Counted from the stretch's first letter, positions 18,128 through 29,710 are shown. The stretch is 64,000 nt of DNA from Flavobacteriaceae bacterium (GCA_038119895.1 JAYOKR010000001.1:72853-136852); one strand, 5' to 3'. Notes: generated by a model from the letters alone, not told the origin. Translations and numbers: made by a program.

Positions 18128-18460
18128 ATGATCTCAAAAAAATCTGATATTGTAATATCGATAGAACTAGATGAAAATAAAATTCCTGAGAAAATGAGTT
18201 GGTCAGCAAAAGATGGTGGTGTTGAAAATCAAGAAACCAAAGCTTTACTATTTTCGTCTTGGGATTCAGTTAATAAAGAAACAATGAAAATAGATTTATG
18301 GACTAAAGATATGCCAGTAAATGAAATGAATATCTTTATTCATCAGACTTTGGTTAGTTTATCTCAATCATTTTACAAAGCCACAAATAATGATAAAATG
18401 ACTGATGCTTTCAATCAGTTTTGTGATTATTTTTCTGAAAATTTAGATTTAAAAAAATAA
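18128..18460 (+). CDS. gldC: Gliding-motility protein GldC
   Basis: 110 aa. LDENKIPEKMSWSAKDGG...IDLWTKDMPVNEM..FCDYF matches my recollection of GldC. Lies 2 nt after gldB. Confidence 0.75.
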   Translation: MISKKSDIVISIELDENKIPEKMSWSAKDGGVENQETKALLFSSWDSVNKETMKIDLWTKDMPVNEMNIFIHQTLVSLSQSFYKATNNDKMTDAFNQFCDYFSENLDLKK

Positions 18461-19048
18461 TTAGTCAACCAGGTTTAAAATATAATTTTGCAAATCTAAA
18501 AGCCCAGTTTTTTTACTAGATGATGTAAGGAAGTATTTTTGATTATATGTTTTCTCAATCAAAAAATTTTTATAATTAATGAATTTTTGTTGGACAATTT
18601 TTTCTTTTAATTTATCAACTTTTGTAAATATTACATCAAATTGAATATTATATTCAATTAAAAAATTTATATAATCAATGTCTGATTTTACTGGTTCATG
18701 TCTAATATCTATTAGTAAAAAAAGTTTTTTAAGATTTACTCGATTGGTAATATAATCAATTGAAATTCTTTTAATTTTTTCAGATTCAGATTTTGAAAGC
18801 TTAGAGTAACCAAATCCAGGCAGATCAACTAAATAAAAAGTATCATCAATTAAAAAATGATTTATCAATTGGGTTTTTCCAGGGGTTTTAGATGTTTTTG
18901 CCAAACCTTTTCTTTGGATAAGCGAGTTGATTAAGCTTGATTTTCCTACGTTAGATCTACCAATAAATGCAAACTCATATCTTTTATCTGTAGGACATTC
19001 TGAAGATTTAGAACTACTTTTTATAAACTTTACGTTTTTTAAAAACAC
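18461..19048 (-). CDS. engB: Ribosome biogenesis GTP-binding protein YihA/YsxC (EngB)
   Basis: GRSNVGKSSLIN, DLPGFGY and TKVDK motifs. Its stop codon abuts the gldC stop with a 0-nt gap. Confidence 0.9.
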   Translation of the reverse strand: MFLKNVKFIKSSSKSSECPTDKRYEFAFIGRSNVGKSSLINSLIQRKGLAKTSKTPGKTQLINHFLIDDTFYLVDLPGFGYSKLSKSESEKIKRISIDYITNRVNLKKLFLLIDIRHEPVKSDIDYINFLIEYNIQFDVIFTKVDKLKEKIVQQKFINYKNFLIEKTYNQKYFLTSSSKKTGLLDLQNYILNLVD

Positions 19049-19049
19049 C

Positions 19050-19811
19050 TTAGATATTTTTGCTTTTAAGCCAATCGATTAGTATTTTATTAAATTTATG
19101 TGGGTGTTCCATCATAGGAGCATGTCCGCATTTATCGATCCAAAATAATTCAGAATTTGGCATTAAATTATTAAATTCTACTCCAACATTAGGAGGGGTG
19201 ACTGCATCATTTTTCCCCCAAATGATGGCAGTTTCATTGGTAATTTTTGGAAGATCACTTGACATATTGTGTCTAATTGCACTCTTTGCCATTGCTAAAA
19301 TCTTTATGAGTTTTTTTCTATCATTTACTGTTTCAAAGATTTCATCAACAATTTCTTTAGTTGCTATTTTTGGACTATAAAAAACTTCTTGAGTTTTTTT
19401 CTTTATAAAATTGTAATCCTCTCGTTTCGGGTATGAATCTCCCATTGAATTTTCGTATAATCCTGAGCTTCCTGTTAAGACGAGTCCTTTAACTAGCTCA
19501 GGATATAATTTAGAAAAAATTAACCCAACATGGCCTCCCAGTGAGTTTCCAATTAAAACTACATTTTTTAATTTTTTGTGATCTATGAATTTTTTTACAT
19601 ACTTAGCAAAGTATTTAACATTTGTGTTCAATAAAGTAGAATTATAAATTGGAAGTTCTGGTGCTAAAACAGCATATCCGTTTTTAGGAAAAAAATCAAA
19701 CAATACTTTAAAATTGCTAAGTCCTCCCATTAATCCATGAAGAATGATAAGGGGTTGTCCATTTCCCACTGATTTATAATTAAATCCATTCTCAGATATA
19801 TAATTTTCCAA
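19050..19811 (-). CDS. Alpha/beta-fold hydrolase
   Basis: HGLMGG oxyanion region, GNSLGG nucleophile elbow, C-terminal CGHAPM. TTG start. Confidence 0.75.
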   Translation of the reverse strand: MENYISENGFNYKSVGNGQPLIILHGLMGGLSNFKVLFDFFPKNGYAVLAPELPIYNSTLLNTNVKYFAKYVKKFIDHKKLKNVVLIGNSLGGHVGLIFSKLYPELVKGLVLTGSSGLYENSMGDSYPKREDYNFIKKKTQEVFYSPKIATKEIVDEIFETVNDRKKLIKILAMAKSAIRHNMSSDLPKITNETAIIWGKNDAVTPPNVGVEFNNLMPNSELFWIDKCGHAPMMEHPHKFNKILIDWLKSKNI

Positions 19812-19829
19812 AGATTAGTTTTTTAAAAG

Positions 19830-19837
19830 CAAATATA
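19830..19837 (-). promoter_or_regulatory. Candidate -7 box (TATATTTG on the minus strand) for the hydrolase-engB unit
   Basis: Plus-strand CAAATATA lies 18 nt upstream of the start codon at 19811. Confidence 0.45.
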
Positions 19838-19950
19838 TGCAATAAACATCTATGCTGTGTAAATATTTTATGATATTATTTTAAATATAAAATATTGATA
19901 ATCAATAATTTAAATCAAAAAATATTCAATTAAATAAATTTATTAACAAT

Positions 19951-19975
19951 GTGGTAAAATGTGGTAAAATGTGGT
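19951..19975 (+). promoter_or_regulatory. Three phased MraZ-box-like direct repeats (GTGGTAAAAT GTGGTAAAAT GTGGTATATT)
   Basis: GTGGT occurs at 19951, 19961 and 19971, an exact 10-nt period, immediately upstream of mraZ. The third box overlaps the -7 promoter box. Confidence 0.6.
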
Positions 19976-19982
19976 ATATTTG
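19975..19982 (+). promoter_or_regulatory. Candidate -7 box TATATTTG of the dcw (mraZ) promoter
   Basis: Exact TAnnTTTG match 19 nt upstream of the mraZ ATG at 20002. Confidence 0.5.
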
Positions 19983-20001
19983 ATAGTAACGCTAATCATA
20001 T

Positions 20002-20466
20002 ATGAGCACTTTAATAGGTACATATGAATGTAAATTGGATATTAAAGGAAGACTAATGTTCCCTTCTCCATTTAAAAAACAATTAGAGGATAAGTTGAAT
20101 AAAGGCTTCATACTTAAGAGATCTGTATTTCAGAAATGTCTTGAGCTATTTCCATTAGATGAGTGGGAAAAAACTATGAATGGAGTTAATCAGCTTAACA
20201 GATTTGTAAAAAAGAACAATGATTTTATCAGAAGATATACAGCTGGATTAAAATCAATTGAGTTGGATAATGCTGGAAGAATCTTAGTCCCAAAAGACTT
20301 GATAAAAATTGCTGATTTAAAAAAGAATTTGGTAATGACTAGCGCTGTGAATATTATTGAGATTTGGGATAAAGAATTGTATGAAAAATCAATTAATGAT
20401 TCAGAAATTGATTTTGCGAAATTAACTGAAGATGTGATGGGTAATACAGGTGATAATGTATCATAA
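20002..20466 (+). CDS. mraZ: Transcriptional regulator MraZ
   Basis: Duplicated SpoVT/AbrB-like halves with LDIKGRLMFPS and LDNAGRILVPK, 154 aa. First gene of the dcw cluster. Confidence 0.9.
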   Translation: MSTLIGTYECKLDIKGRLMFPSPFKKQLEDKLNKGFILKRSVFQKCLELFPLDEWEKTMNGVNQLNRFVKKNNDFIRRYTAGLKSIELDNAGRILVPKDLIKIADLKKNLVMTSAVNIIEIWDKELYEKSINDSEIDFAKLTEDVMGNTGDNVS

Positions 20467-21349
20467 CCCTGTATTACTAAATGAATCTGTTGAAAGTTTG
20501 GAAATAAAAAATGGTGGTATTTATGTCGATTTGACCTTTGGAGGAGGTGGCCATTCAAAAGAAATATTAAAACAAATTGATAAAACAGGAAAGTTGATAG
20601 CTTTTGATCAAGATATAGATGCTCATAAAAATGCAATAAAAGATCCAAGATTTCAGTTGTTGCATCAAAATTTTATTTATTTAAAGCAAAATCTTGAATA
20701 TTTAGGAATTAATAAAGTTGATGGAGTATTGGCTGATTTAGGAGTTAGTTCTTTTCAGTTCGATACAAATGAAAGAGGTTTTACATATGCTAATGATTCT
20801 AGACTAGATATGAGAATGGATATTAGTTCAGAATTTGATGCAGAAAGTTTATTGAATGATTATGATGAATCTGAATTATCAAGAATATTTTTTGATTTTT
20901 CAGACTTAAGAAATTCTAGGAAAATTGCTCAACTTATTTGTGTTAACAGAAAAAATAAGAAAATACAAACTTCTGATGAGTTAAATAAAATCTTAAAACC
21001 GTTATATACAGACTCTTATAAAAATAAATTTTTAGCACGTGTATATCAAGCTATCAGAATTGAGGTTAATAATGAGATTAATGCTTTAAAAAAAATGCTT
21101 AATCAAGTTGTTGAGGTTCTCGCAAAAAACGGAATAGTTTCTATAATAACATACCATTCCATTGAAGATCGCTTGGTAAAAAGATTTTTTAAAAACTCAT
21201 GCTTTGATAATGAACCAAAAAAAGATCATTATGGTAATAAAATTTTATCATTGAAACCAAAATACAACTTTATATCTCCCTCAAAATCTGAACTAAAGTT
21301 AAATACTAGATCAAGGAGTGCTAAGCTTAGATCTGCTATCAAAATATGA
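20456..21349 (+). CDS. rsmH: 16S rRNA (cytosine1402-N4)-methyltransferase
   Basis: YHNPVL start, DLTFGGGGHS, DLGVSS. The ATG at 20456 is preferred over the GTG at 20450. Confidence 0.9.
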   Translation: MYHNPVLLNESVESLEIKNGGIYVDLTFGGGGHSKEILKQIDKTGKLIAFDQDIDAHKNAIKDPRFQLLHQNFIYLKQNLEYLGINKVDGVLADLGVSSFQFDTNERGFTYANDSRLDMRMDISSEFDAESLLNDYDESELSRIFFDFSDLRNSRKIAQLICVNRKNKKIQTSDELNKILKPLYTDSYKNKFLARVYQAIRIEVNNEINALKKMLNQVVEVLAKNGIVSIITYHSIEDRLVKRFFKNSCFDNEPKKDHYGNKILSLKPKYNFISPSKSELKLNTRSRSAKLRSAIKI

Positions 21350-21663
21350 GAAACAAAATTTTAAACATATTACTTGGAAAATTTTTAATTGATCAAATAA
21401 ATTCTAACAACTTAAAACTAATTCTATTTATTTTTTTAATGGCTTTCACTTTGATTTTTTTGTCTCATAGTGTTGATACAAAAATTTATAAAATAAATAA
21501 TCTTAGTAATGATGTTTCAGCTGTAGAATCAAATTTTATTGATCAAAGAAAAATTTTAATGAATATCAGAACTGAATCTAATATTAGAAAAAAACTGATT
21601 GACAAAAATATTGAACCTTCATTAAAATCGCCTTTAAAAATTCTAGTCTCTAATGAAAAGTAA
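21346..21663 (+). CDS. ftsL: FtsL-like cell-division protein
   Basis: Small single-pass membrane protein (LKLILFIFLMAFTLIFL) between rsmH and ftsI. The call rests on position and topology only. Confidence 0.55.
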   Translation: MRNKILNILLGKFLIDQINSNNLKLILFIFLMAFTLIFLSHSVDTKIYKINNLSNDVSAVESNFIDQRKILMNIRTESNIRKKLIDKNIEPSLKSPLKILVSNEK

Positions 21664-23494
21664 TCATTTTGCTGTAAAACTTATTTTAATTGCATCTGCA
21701 TTTTTGATTGTTGGAGGATTAGTTGGATACAAACTAATTGAAATACAATTTATTGAAGGAGATAAATACAGAAAAATAGCAAGTGATAAAACTATTAGAA
21801 ATTATAAAATTAAGCCTATTCGAGGTAATATTTATTCAACTGATGGAAGTTTGTTAGCAACCTCAGTGACTAAGTATGATATATATTTTGACACAAGAGT
21901 GGTTGATGAAAAAATATTTAATAGTGGACTTGAAAAGTTATCTCATCAACTTACTTTAATATCAAAAAAGAGTCAAGATGAACTTTATAATTATATTCTA
22001 AATGCTAGAAAAAACGGTAATAGGTATCTGTCTATTTTTAAAGGTATATCGCGTAATGAGGTAGAAAAAATAAAAAAATTTTCAATTTTTAAAAATGGAA
22101 TGGTGAAAGGTGGATTGATTGTGAACAAGAGGGTTTCAAGAGAATATCCTTTAGGAAAAACTGCTGAAAGAACAATTGGTTATGAAAGATTAAATAGTCA
22201 AGGTTTTTTTAGTGGTGTAGGTATTGAACATGGTTTTGGAAATTTACTTAGAGGAAAAGATGGTTTTGAGATTCAAAGAAAAATCTATAATGGTCAGTGG
22301 AAATCACTTGAAAATGAACATAAAAAGGAGCCTATAAATGGATATGATATTGTTTCAACAATAGATTCTGAAATTCAAGATATAGTACATGATTACTTAT
22401 TAGAGCAAACTGAAAAGTTTCAAGCAGATCATTCATCAGCTATAGTTATGGAAGTTGAAACTGGAAATATAAAAGCAATCTCAAATTTTGGAATTACAAA
22501 TGATGGTAAATATTATGAAAAATTGAACTATGCTGTTGGAGAATCAATAGAGCCAGGATCTACTTTTAAACTTGCAGCAATAGCAGCTGCATTAGAAGAT
22601 CAGGTCATAGATACTATAACTTTAGTTGACACCGAAAAAGGAGAGCTAAATTATTATGGATACAAGGTAAGAGATTCAAGAAAAGGAGGATATGGAATAA
22701 TAGACGTAATGGATGTGATTAGATTGTCTTCAAACACAGGTATAGTTAAAATTATAGATTCAGTTTATAAAAATGATTCAAAGAGGTTTTCTGATAGACT
22801 TTACAATTTTGGAATTTATGAAAAAGTCCAAGAATCAATTAAAGGAGAGCCTAGTCCAAAAATTCCACATCCTAGTGATAAAAATTGGAATGGATTATCT
22901 CTTCCCTGGATGTCATATGGATACGGTTTAAGTATGACTCCATTACAAATCTTAACATTTTATAATTCTATAGCTAATGATGGAGAAATGGTTGGGCCGA
23001 AATTTATATACAGTCATAAGAAGCCAGGCTCCGCAGACGAAGTTATTTATGAAAAAAGAATTTTGAAAAAATCTATTTTTTCAAAAAAAACAAATAGTAT
23101 TTTAAAAAAGATGTTGTATGATGTTGTAAATCACGAAAATGGAACTGCAAAAAATATAAAATCTGACTACTTTACACTTTCTGGAAAAACAGGGACAACT
23201 CAAGTAGATTATGCTTCTGATGATATAAATTATATTTCAAGTTTTGTTGGTTATTTTCCAGCTGATAATCCCAAGTATTCATGTATAGTTGTGATAAATA
23301 AACCCAATAAAAAATTGGGATACTATGGATCTACTGTTGCTGCTCCAGTTTTTAAAAAAATTGCAGAAAAGATTCAATCAAAATCACCTGAAATTAAATT
23401 ATATAAAAAAAATGAGCTTTTTGATAAGTTAAAGCTTATTTCAAATTCAAAAGAAAAAAAAATAATAATTGATAATAATAAAATTGATTCATGA
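21653..23494 (+). CDS. ftsI: Penicillin-binding protein 3 (peptidoglycan D,D-transpeptidase FtsI)
   Basis: STFK, SSN and KTGT motifs with an N-terminal membrane anchor. Confidence 0.9.
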   Translation: MKSNHFAVKLILIASAFLIVGGLVGYKLIEIQFIEGDKYRKIASDKTIRNYKIKPIRGNIYSTDGSLLATSVTKYDIYFDTRVVDEKIFNSGLEKLSHQLTLISKKSQDELYNYILNARKNGNRYLSIFKGISRNEVEKIKKFSIFKNGMVKGGLIVNKRVSREYPLGKTAERTIGYERLNSQGFFSGVGIEHGFGNLLRGKDGFEIQRKIYNGQWKSLENEHKKEPINGYDIVSTIDSEIQDIVHDYLLEQTEKFQADHSSAIVMEVETGNIKAISNFGITNDGKYYEKLNYAVGESIEPGSTFKLAAIAAALEDQVIDTITLVDTEKGELNYYGYKVRDSRKGGYGIIDVMDVIRLSSNTGIVKIIDSVYKNDSKRFSDRLYNFGIYEKVQESIKGEPSPKIPHPSDKNWNGLSLPWMSYGYGLSMTPLQILTFYNSIANDGEMVGPKFIYSHKKPGSADEVIYEKRILKKSIFSKKTNSILKKMLYDVVNHENGTAKNIKSDYFTLSGKTGTTQVDYASDDINYISSFVGYFPADNPKYSCIVVINKPNKKLGYYGSTVAAPVFKKIAEKIQSKSPEIKLYKKNELFDKLKLISNSKEKKIIIDNNKIDS

Positions 23495-24948
23495 AGAACT
23501 TAGATTGTTTATTATCAAATATTAATACTCTAAAAATTTTAGGGAATAAAAGTATTGATATTGAATCTATTACAAATAATTCTAATAAAGTTTCAGAAAA
23601 ATCGATGTTTATTGCTATTAAAGGAAATAATTCAGATGGACACAATTATATAGATCAAGCAATTTTAAATGGTGCTGAATGCATTGTTTGTCAAATTCTT
23701 CCAAAAAAAATAGTTGATAGCATAACTTACATAATTGTTAAGAATTCAAGAGGTGAGTATTCAAAAATATGCTCAAATTTTTTTGAGAATCCTAGTGAAA
23801 AATTAAGTCTAATTGGAATTACAGGAACTAATGGGAAAACAACAACAGCAACATTCCTTTACGAAATTCTTAAACTTCAGAACATAAAATCAGGATTAAT
23901 TTCTACAAACTGTATTGAGATTAATGGTAAAAAGTTTGACACAAATTTGACAACACCAGATTCTTATGAAATCAATTTTTATTTAAATGAAATGGTTAGC
24001 CTTGGTGTTGAATATTGTTTTATGGAAGTTTCTTCGCATTCAATTGTTCAAGAGAGAATCAAGGGTTTAAATTTTAAAATAGGTGTTTTTACTAACATTT
24101 CTCATGATCATCTTAATTATCACAAAACTTTTAAAAATTATATAAAGGCAAAAAAAATATTCTTTGATAACCTAAATTCTAAATCTGTTTCATTATACAA
24201 CAGTGATGATAAAAATGGTAGAATAATGATTCAAAATACAGACTCTAAAATAAAATCTTTTTCTATCTATAAAAATTCTGATTATAAAATTAGAATTATA
24301 GAAAATAATCTAGAGGGTTTAGTAATTGAAATTGAAAAAGATGTAATTCATACTCAGATTTCTGGAAATTACAATGCATATAATATACTTGCTGCTTATG
24401 CTGTTTGTGACTTATTAGGATTTGAAAAACAAAAAATTATACATTCTATAAGTATTCTCAAATCAGTTGAAGGCAGATTTGAAATTATTTCTGAAAATAA
24501 TAAAATAGGAATTGTTGATTTTGCACATACGCCTGATGCAATAAAAAAAGTACTAATGTCAGTAAGAGAATACGTTTCTGAAAAAAATAAGCTTATAACT
24601 ATAGTTGGATGTGGTGGAGGTAGAGATAAATTAAAAAGACACAAGATGGGTAGCATCTCATCATCAATAAGTGATATTTCCATTTACACATCGGACAATC
24701 CAAGAGATGAAGATCCAAATCTAATAATCAAAGATATGTTAGAAGGTGTTGAAATTAAAAATAGAGACAAGGTATTAGTAATTGAAAATAGGGAAAAGGC
24801 AATTGAAAAAGGTGTTAAGTTATCAAATGAAAAAGATATAGTTGTTGTTTTAGGAAAAGGTCATGAAAAATATCAATTAATAGGAAATAAAAAAATTGAA
24901 TTCAGTGATAAAGAAACCCTAAGTTATTATTTAAAAAGAGCTGTTTAA
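23491..24948 (+). CDS. murE: UDP-N-acetylmuramoyl-L-alanyl-D-glutamate--2,6-diaminopimelate ligase
   Basis: [11 protein letters not shown]-loop and the DNPR motif (meso-DAP type). Confidence 0.9.
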   Translation: MKNLDCLLSNINTLKILGNKSIDIESITNNSNKVSEKSMFIAIKGNNSDGHNYIDQAILNGAECIVCQILPKKIVDSITYIIVKNSRGEYSKICSNFFENPSEKLSLIGITGTNGKTTTATFLYEILKLQNIKSGLISTNCIEINGKKFDTNLTTPDSYEINFYLNEMVSLGVEYCFMEVSSHSIVQERIKGLNFKIGVFTNISHDHLNYHKTFKNYIKAKKIFFDNLNSKSVSLYNSDDKNGRIMIQNTDSKIKSFSIYKNSDYKIRIIENNLEGLVIEIEKDVIHTQISGNYNAYNILAAYAVCDLLGFEKQKIIHSISILKSVEGRFEIISENNKIGIVDFAHTPDAIKKVLMSVREYVSEKNKLITIVGCGGGRDKLKRHKMGSISSSISDISIYTSDNPRDEDPNLIIKDMLEGVEIKNRDKVLVIENREKAIEKGVKLSNEKDIVVVLGKGHEKYQLIGNKKIEFSDKETLSYYLKRAV

Positions 24949-26150
24949 TGTTATATTATTTATTCGAATATATTGAATCAAATTTTCAAATTGCAGGTGC
25001 TAGTTTGTTTCAGTATCTCTCTTTTAGATCTGCAATAACTTTTATAACCGCTCTTTTAATTTCAACAATTTTTGGAAAAAGAATAATCAATTTTCTAGCA
25101 AGGAAACAAATAGGTGAAAACATCAGAAAGTTAGATTTACCTGAAGAAGAATTAAAGAAAGATACACCTACAATGGGAGGTCTTATTATTATTGTTTCAA
25201 CCATAATTCCAATTCTTCTATTTTCAGATTTTAATAATTCATATGTTATAATTCTCTTAGTTTCAACATTTTGGCTAGGGTTAATTGGTTTTATTGATGA
25301 TTATATTAAGGTTTTTAAAAAAAATAAAGCAGGCTTAAAAGGCTCTTTTAAAATTGCTGGACAAGTAATTTTAGGTTTATATATTGGATTTAATGTTTAT
25401 TTTAATCCTGATATCAAAATTAAACTCAGTTCTGACACTCTTACTCAGTCAGAAAAAATTCATAATGTAGATAGCTCTGGAAATCTAAAAACTACAATTC
25501 CATTTTTTAAGAACAATGAATTAGATTATGAGCAAATCTTTAATATAAAGCCAGGCAATTATAATTGGATTTTTTATGTTTTGGTTATAACATTTATTAT
25601 TGTATCAGTATCAAATGGAGCAAATTTAACTGACGGCCTTGATGGCCTAGCAGCAGGAAGTTCTGCAATAATAATTTTTACACTTGCAATTTTTTCATGG
25701 ATCTCAGGAAACATAATTTTCACTGAATATCTCAATATACTGTATATACCTGGCATAGGTGAAATAGTTGTGTTCATTGCTGCACTTTTAGGTGGAATTA
25801 TTGGATTTCTATGGTATAATACTTATCCGGCTCAAATATTTATGGGTGATACAGGCAGTTTAACTCTAGGCGGAATTATAGCAGTCATTGCAATTTTAGT
25901 AAGAAAAGAACTTCTTTTACCAATTCTTTGTGGAATTTTTTTAATAGAAAGTTTATCTGTAATCATACAGGTTGGATACTTCAAATACACGAAAAGAAAA
26001 TTTGGAAATGGTGTGAGAATTTTTTTGATGACACCAATTCATCATCATTTTCAAAAACTTGGATACAATGAAAGTAAAATCGTCTCCAGGTTTTGGATTA
26101 TCTGTATTATGCTAGCAATAATTTCATTAATAACACTTAAAATAAGATGA
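24948..26150 (+). CDS. mraY: Phospho-N-acetylmuramoyl-pentapeptide transferase
   Basis: [13 protein letters not shown]. Polytopic membrane protein at the canonical dcw position. Confidence 0.9.
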   Translation: MLYYLFEYIESNFQIAGASLFQYLSFRSAITFITALLISTIFGKRIINFLARKQIGENIRKLDLPEEELKKDTPTMGGLIIIVSTIIPILLFSDFNNSYVIILLVSTFWLGLIGFIDDYIKVFKKNKAGLKGSFKIAGQVILGLYIGFNVYFNPDIKIKLSSDTLTQSEKIHNVDSSGNLKTTIPFFKNNELDYEQIFNIKPGNYNWIFYVLVITFIIVSVSNGANLTDGLDGLAAGSSAIIIFTLAIFSWISGNIIFTEYLNILYIPGIGEIVVFIAALLGGIIGFLWYNTYPAQIFMGDTGSLTLGGIIAVIAILVRKELLLPILCGIFLIESLSVIIQVGYFKYTKRKFGNGVRIFLMTPIHHHFQKLGYNESKIVSRFWIICIMLAIISLITLKIR

Positions 26151-27493
26151 TTAATCAAAAAGAAATAGGGATTATAGGTTCTGGAATAAGTGGGTTAGGA
26201 GCTGCAAAATTGGCTTTGAGAAATAATTTAAATTTTTTTATTTCAGATTATTCTGGAATAAGTAATGATATTAAAGAAGTTTTAGTTAAAAATAATATTA
26301 AGTTTGAAGAAAATGGTCATAATTGGGAAAGATTAAGTGATTGTGATGAAATAATACTTAGTCCAGGAATTTCTGCAAAAAAAATATTATTAAAGATTCC
26401 GAATTATGATTCTAAAAATATTATCTCTGAAATTGAATTTGCTAGTAGGTACACTAATGCAAAAATAATTGCAATCACAGGAACTAATGGTAAAACTACC
26501 ACCAGCTATTTGATCTATCATATTTTAAAATCTTCGGGTTTTAATGTTGGACTCGCAGGTAATTTAGGTATAAGTTTCTCTGAGACAATATGTCAAAAAA
26601 AATATGAATATTATGTGCTTGAAGTAAGTAGTTTTCAACTTGAAAATATTATAAATTTTAAACCATATATATCAATAATACTTAATGTTTCTAATGATCA
26701 TTTAGATAGATATAATAACTCAATCAAAGAATATACTAGAGCTAAATTTAACATCAGTTTAAATCAAGACTCTAAAGATTATTTAATAATTAACACTGGG
26801 TGTAAATACTCATCTCAATTTCTTTCTCAAAATCATATTAATTCACAATTGATTCATATTGGATTAGAAAAAAATGATCGAAAGAATAAAATCTTTAAAG
26901 AAAAAAATACAATCAAATCAACCATAAATAATAATAATGTTATGTTTAATTTAAACGAATTCTCATTACGTGGAGATCATAATATTCAAAATTCAATGGC
27001 AGCAATATGTGTGTCACAAATTTTAAATATTTCTAATGAGTCGATTAAAGAAAGTTTAAAAACTTTCCAAAATGTTCCTCATAGGTTAGAACATTTTTTA
27101 ACGATTCAAAAAGTCAAGTATATTAATGATTCTAAAGGAACTAATGTCAATGCTGCCTATTATGCTTTAGAATCTATCAAGGGTTCAGTTATTTGGATAG
27201 CTGGAGGTGTAGATAAAGGAAATGACTACAAAGATTTGATTCCAATTGTTACTAAAAAAGTTAAAGCAATTATTTGTTTAGGTATTGACAATTCTAAATT
27301 AATTGAATTCTTTTCACCTTATTGTGAAACAATAATAAGTACTGATAATATAAAGGATGCTGTAAGAAATTCATATAAGCTTTCAGATAAAAATGATACA
27401 GTAATCTTATCACCTGCGTGTGCAAGTTTTGACTTATTTGAAAATTTTGAGGATAGAGGAAATAAATTTAAAGAGGAAGTAAGAAAATTATGA
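26147..27493 (+). CDS. murD: UDP-N-acetylmuramoylalanine--D-glutamate ligase
   Basis: N-terminal GSGISG Rossmann-like motif and GTNGKTT. Confidence 0.9.
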   Translation: MINQKEIGIIGSGISGLGAAKLALRNNLNFFISDYSGISNDIKEVLVKNNIKFEENGHNWERLSDCDEIILSPGISAKKILLKIPNYDSKNIISEIEFASRYTNAKIIAITGTNGKTTTSYLIYHILKSSGFNVGLAGNLGISFSETICQKKYEYYVLEVSSFQLENIINFKPYISIILNVSNDHLDRYNNSIKEYTRAKFNISLNQDSKDYLIINTGCKYSSQFLSQNHINSQLIHIGLEKNDRKNKIFKEKNTIKSTINNNNVMFNLNEFSLRGDHNIQNSMAAICVSQILNISNESIKESLKTFQNVPHRLEHFLTIQKVKYINDSKGTNVNAAYYALESIKGSVIWIAGGVDKGNDYKDLIPIVTKKVKAIICLGIDNSKLIEFFSPYCETIISTDNIKDAVRNSYKLSDKNDTVILSPACASFDLFENFEDRGNKFKEEVRKL

Positions 27494-28632
27494 GTGTAAT
27501 TTCAAATTTGAAAGGTGATAAAGTAGTATGGTATGTTGTATTGGCATTATCAATTTTTTCTTTTTTACCAGTATTTAGTGCTAGCTCAAATTTTGGATCT
27601 ACTCTAATTTTTTCAAATTTATTTAAACATGTAGCAATAATAATTATAGGGATATTAATTATGTATGCTACTCACCTTGTAGATTATAAATATTTTAAAG
27701 GTCTTTCTAAAATAATATTACCCTTTGTAATATTATTATTGGCTTTTACAGCATTTCAAGGAAATGAGATTGAAGGTGCAAATGCAAATAGATGGTTAAA
27801 TATTCCCTTAGTGGGAGTTTCATTTCAGCCATCATCGTTAGCATCAATTTTTCTTTTATTATATGTATCGACATTCCTATCAAAAAACTTGGAAACCAAG
27901 ATAGATTTTAAATCCTCTTTTATTCCGTTATGGATTCCAATTATTGTTGTTCTAATGTTGATTTTACCCTCAAACTTTTCAACTGCTTTCATGATATTTT
28001 TAATGGTTCTTACAATTATTTTTGTAGGACAGTATCCCTTAAAATATATATTTTCAATTATATTTTTAATAATCACCTGTGCATCGATATTCATAATTAT
28101 TGCCCAAAAATATCCAGATATTTTACCTAACAGAGTTGATACTTGGGTAAATAGATTTGAGAATTATGGTAATCCAACTGATGATGCTTCAAATTATCAA
28201 ATTAGTAGAGCAAAAGCAGCAATTGCAAATGGATCTTTATTTGGTGTTGGCGCAGGAAAAAGCTCAATGAAATATATACTTCCACAAAGTACTTCTGACT
28301 TCATTTTTTCTATAATTGCTGAGGAATATGGATTTATTGTTGCAGGTTTAATTTTGTTTTTATATTTGATTTTACTATTTAGAATAATAATTATATCCTA
28401 TAAATCTAATTCAGGTTTTGGAAAATTAGTTGCTCTTTCAGTAGGGTTGCCTATAATTTTACAAGCTTTAATTAACATGGGGGTTGCGGTTCAACTATTT
28501 CCAGTAACTGGACAACCTCTTCCGCTTATAAGTATGGGGGGAACTTCAATTTGGACAACATTTTTAGCGTTAGGTATTTTATTGAGTGTAAGTAATAAAG
28601 AATTGAATAATCAAATCAAAGCATATGATTAA
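27490..28632 (+). CDS. ftsW: Peptidoglycan glycosyltransferase FtsW (SEDS family)
   Basis: Polytopic SEDS protein. ..PVTGQPLPLISMGGTS near the C-terminus. Confidence 0.85.
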   Translation: MSVISNLKGDKVVWYVVLALSIFSFLPVFSASSNFGSTLIFSNLFKHVAIIIIGILIMYATHLVDYKYFKGLSKIILPFVILLLAFTAFQGNEIEGANANRWLNIPLVGVSFQPSSLASIFLLLYVSTFLSKNLETKIDFKSSFIPLWIPIIVVLMLILPSNFSTAFMIFLMVLTIIFVGQYPLKYIFSIIFLIITCASIFIIIAQKYPDILPNRVDTWVNRFENYGNPTDDASNYQISRAKAAIANGSLFGVGAGKSSMKYILPQSTSDFIFSIIAEEYGFIVAGLILFLYLILLFRIIIISYKSNSGFGKLVALSVGLPIILQALINMGVAVQLFPVTGQPLPLISMGGTSIWTTFLALGILLSVSNKELNNQIKAYD

Positions 28633-29710
28633 GAGAGTTTTAATTTCAGGCGGGGGTACTGGTGGTCATATTTATCCAGCAATTAGTATTGCTAATGAAA
28701 TTAAAAAAAGATACCAAGAATATGAAATTTTATTTGTTGGTGCAAAAGGTAGAATGGAGATGAAAAAAGTTCCAAAAAACGGTTTTAAAATAAAAGGAAT
28801 TTGCATAACAGGAATTAATAGGGAAAATATTTTCTCAAACATTTTATTTCCATTTAAGTTAATTATTAGTTTAATTCAATCATTTTTCATAATACTTAAG
28901 TTTAATCCACACATTGCAATTGGAACAGGTGGTTTTGCCAGTGGACCAGCTTTAATTATATCTCATTTGTTTAATAAGCCAATTATATTACAAGAACAAA
29001 ATTCTTATCCTGGTATTACAAATAAAATACTAGCGAAATACGCAAAGAAAATTTTTGTTGCATATGAAAATATGGAGAAGTTTTTTCCTGACAATAAAAT
29101 TTTAAATTTTGGTAATCCAATTAGAAATAGACTTTTTAATATTAATTCAAAAGAAATAGAAGTTTTTAAAAAAAATAATGAAATAAGGAATAATAAAACC
29201 ATATTATTCTTGGGAGGAAGTTTAGGTGCAAAGGTTATGAATGATTATGTCATTAATAACGAGAATTACTTTAATGAGAATAATTACCAAGTTATTTTGC
29301 AATGTGGGGAAAGATATCAAGAAAATTATATTCATAAAAGTACAGGTTTAATTAAGGTTATTCCATTTATAGATGATATGCATCTTGCTTTTTCTTGTTC
29401 AGATTTAATCGTATCAAGATCTGGAGCTATTATTATTTCAGAGCTCTCGAATTTAGGGAAGCCAGTAATTTTTATTCCATCACCAAACGTGGCTGAAGAT
29501 CACCAAACAAAAAATGCAAAATACTTATATGACATAGAAGCCGCTGAATTAGTACATGAGTATGAGATAGAATATAAGCTCAACAGTGTTATAAAAAAAA
29601 TATTTGAGGATGAAAAACTCAAGGAAAAATTAGGTCAGAATTTAAAAAAAATATCAAATAATAATTCAACTCAATTAATAGTTGATCAAATAGTAAATTA
29701 TATAGTTTGA
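28625..29710 (+). CDS. murG: UDP-GlcNAc:lipid I GlcNAc transferase
   Basis: SGGGTGGHIYPA N-terminal motif, 361 aa. Confidence 0.9.
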   Translation: MIKRVLISGGGTGGHIYPAISIANEIKKRYQEYEILFVGAKGRMEMKKVPKNGFKIKGICITGINRENIFSNILFPFKLIISLIQSFFIILKFNPHIAIGTGGFASGPALIISHLFNKPIILQEQNSYPGITNKILAKYAKKIFVAYENMEKFFPDNKILNFGNPIRNRLFNINSKEIEVFKKNNEIRNNKTILFLGGSLGAKVMNDYVINNENYFNENNYQVILQCGERYQENYIHKSTGLIKVIPFIDDMHLAFSCSDLIVSRSGAIIISELSNLGKPVIFIPSPNVAEDHQTKNAKYLYDIEAAELVHEYEIEYKLNSVIKKIFEDEKLKEKLGQNLKKISNNNSTQLIVDQIVNYIV

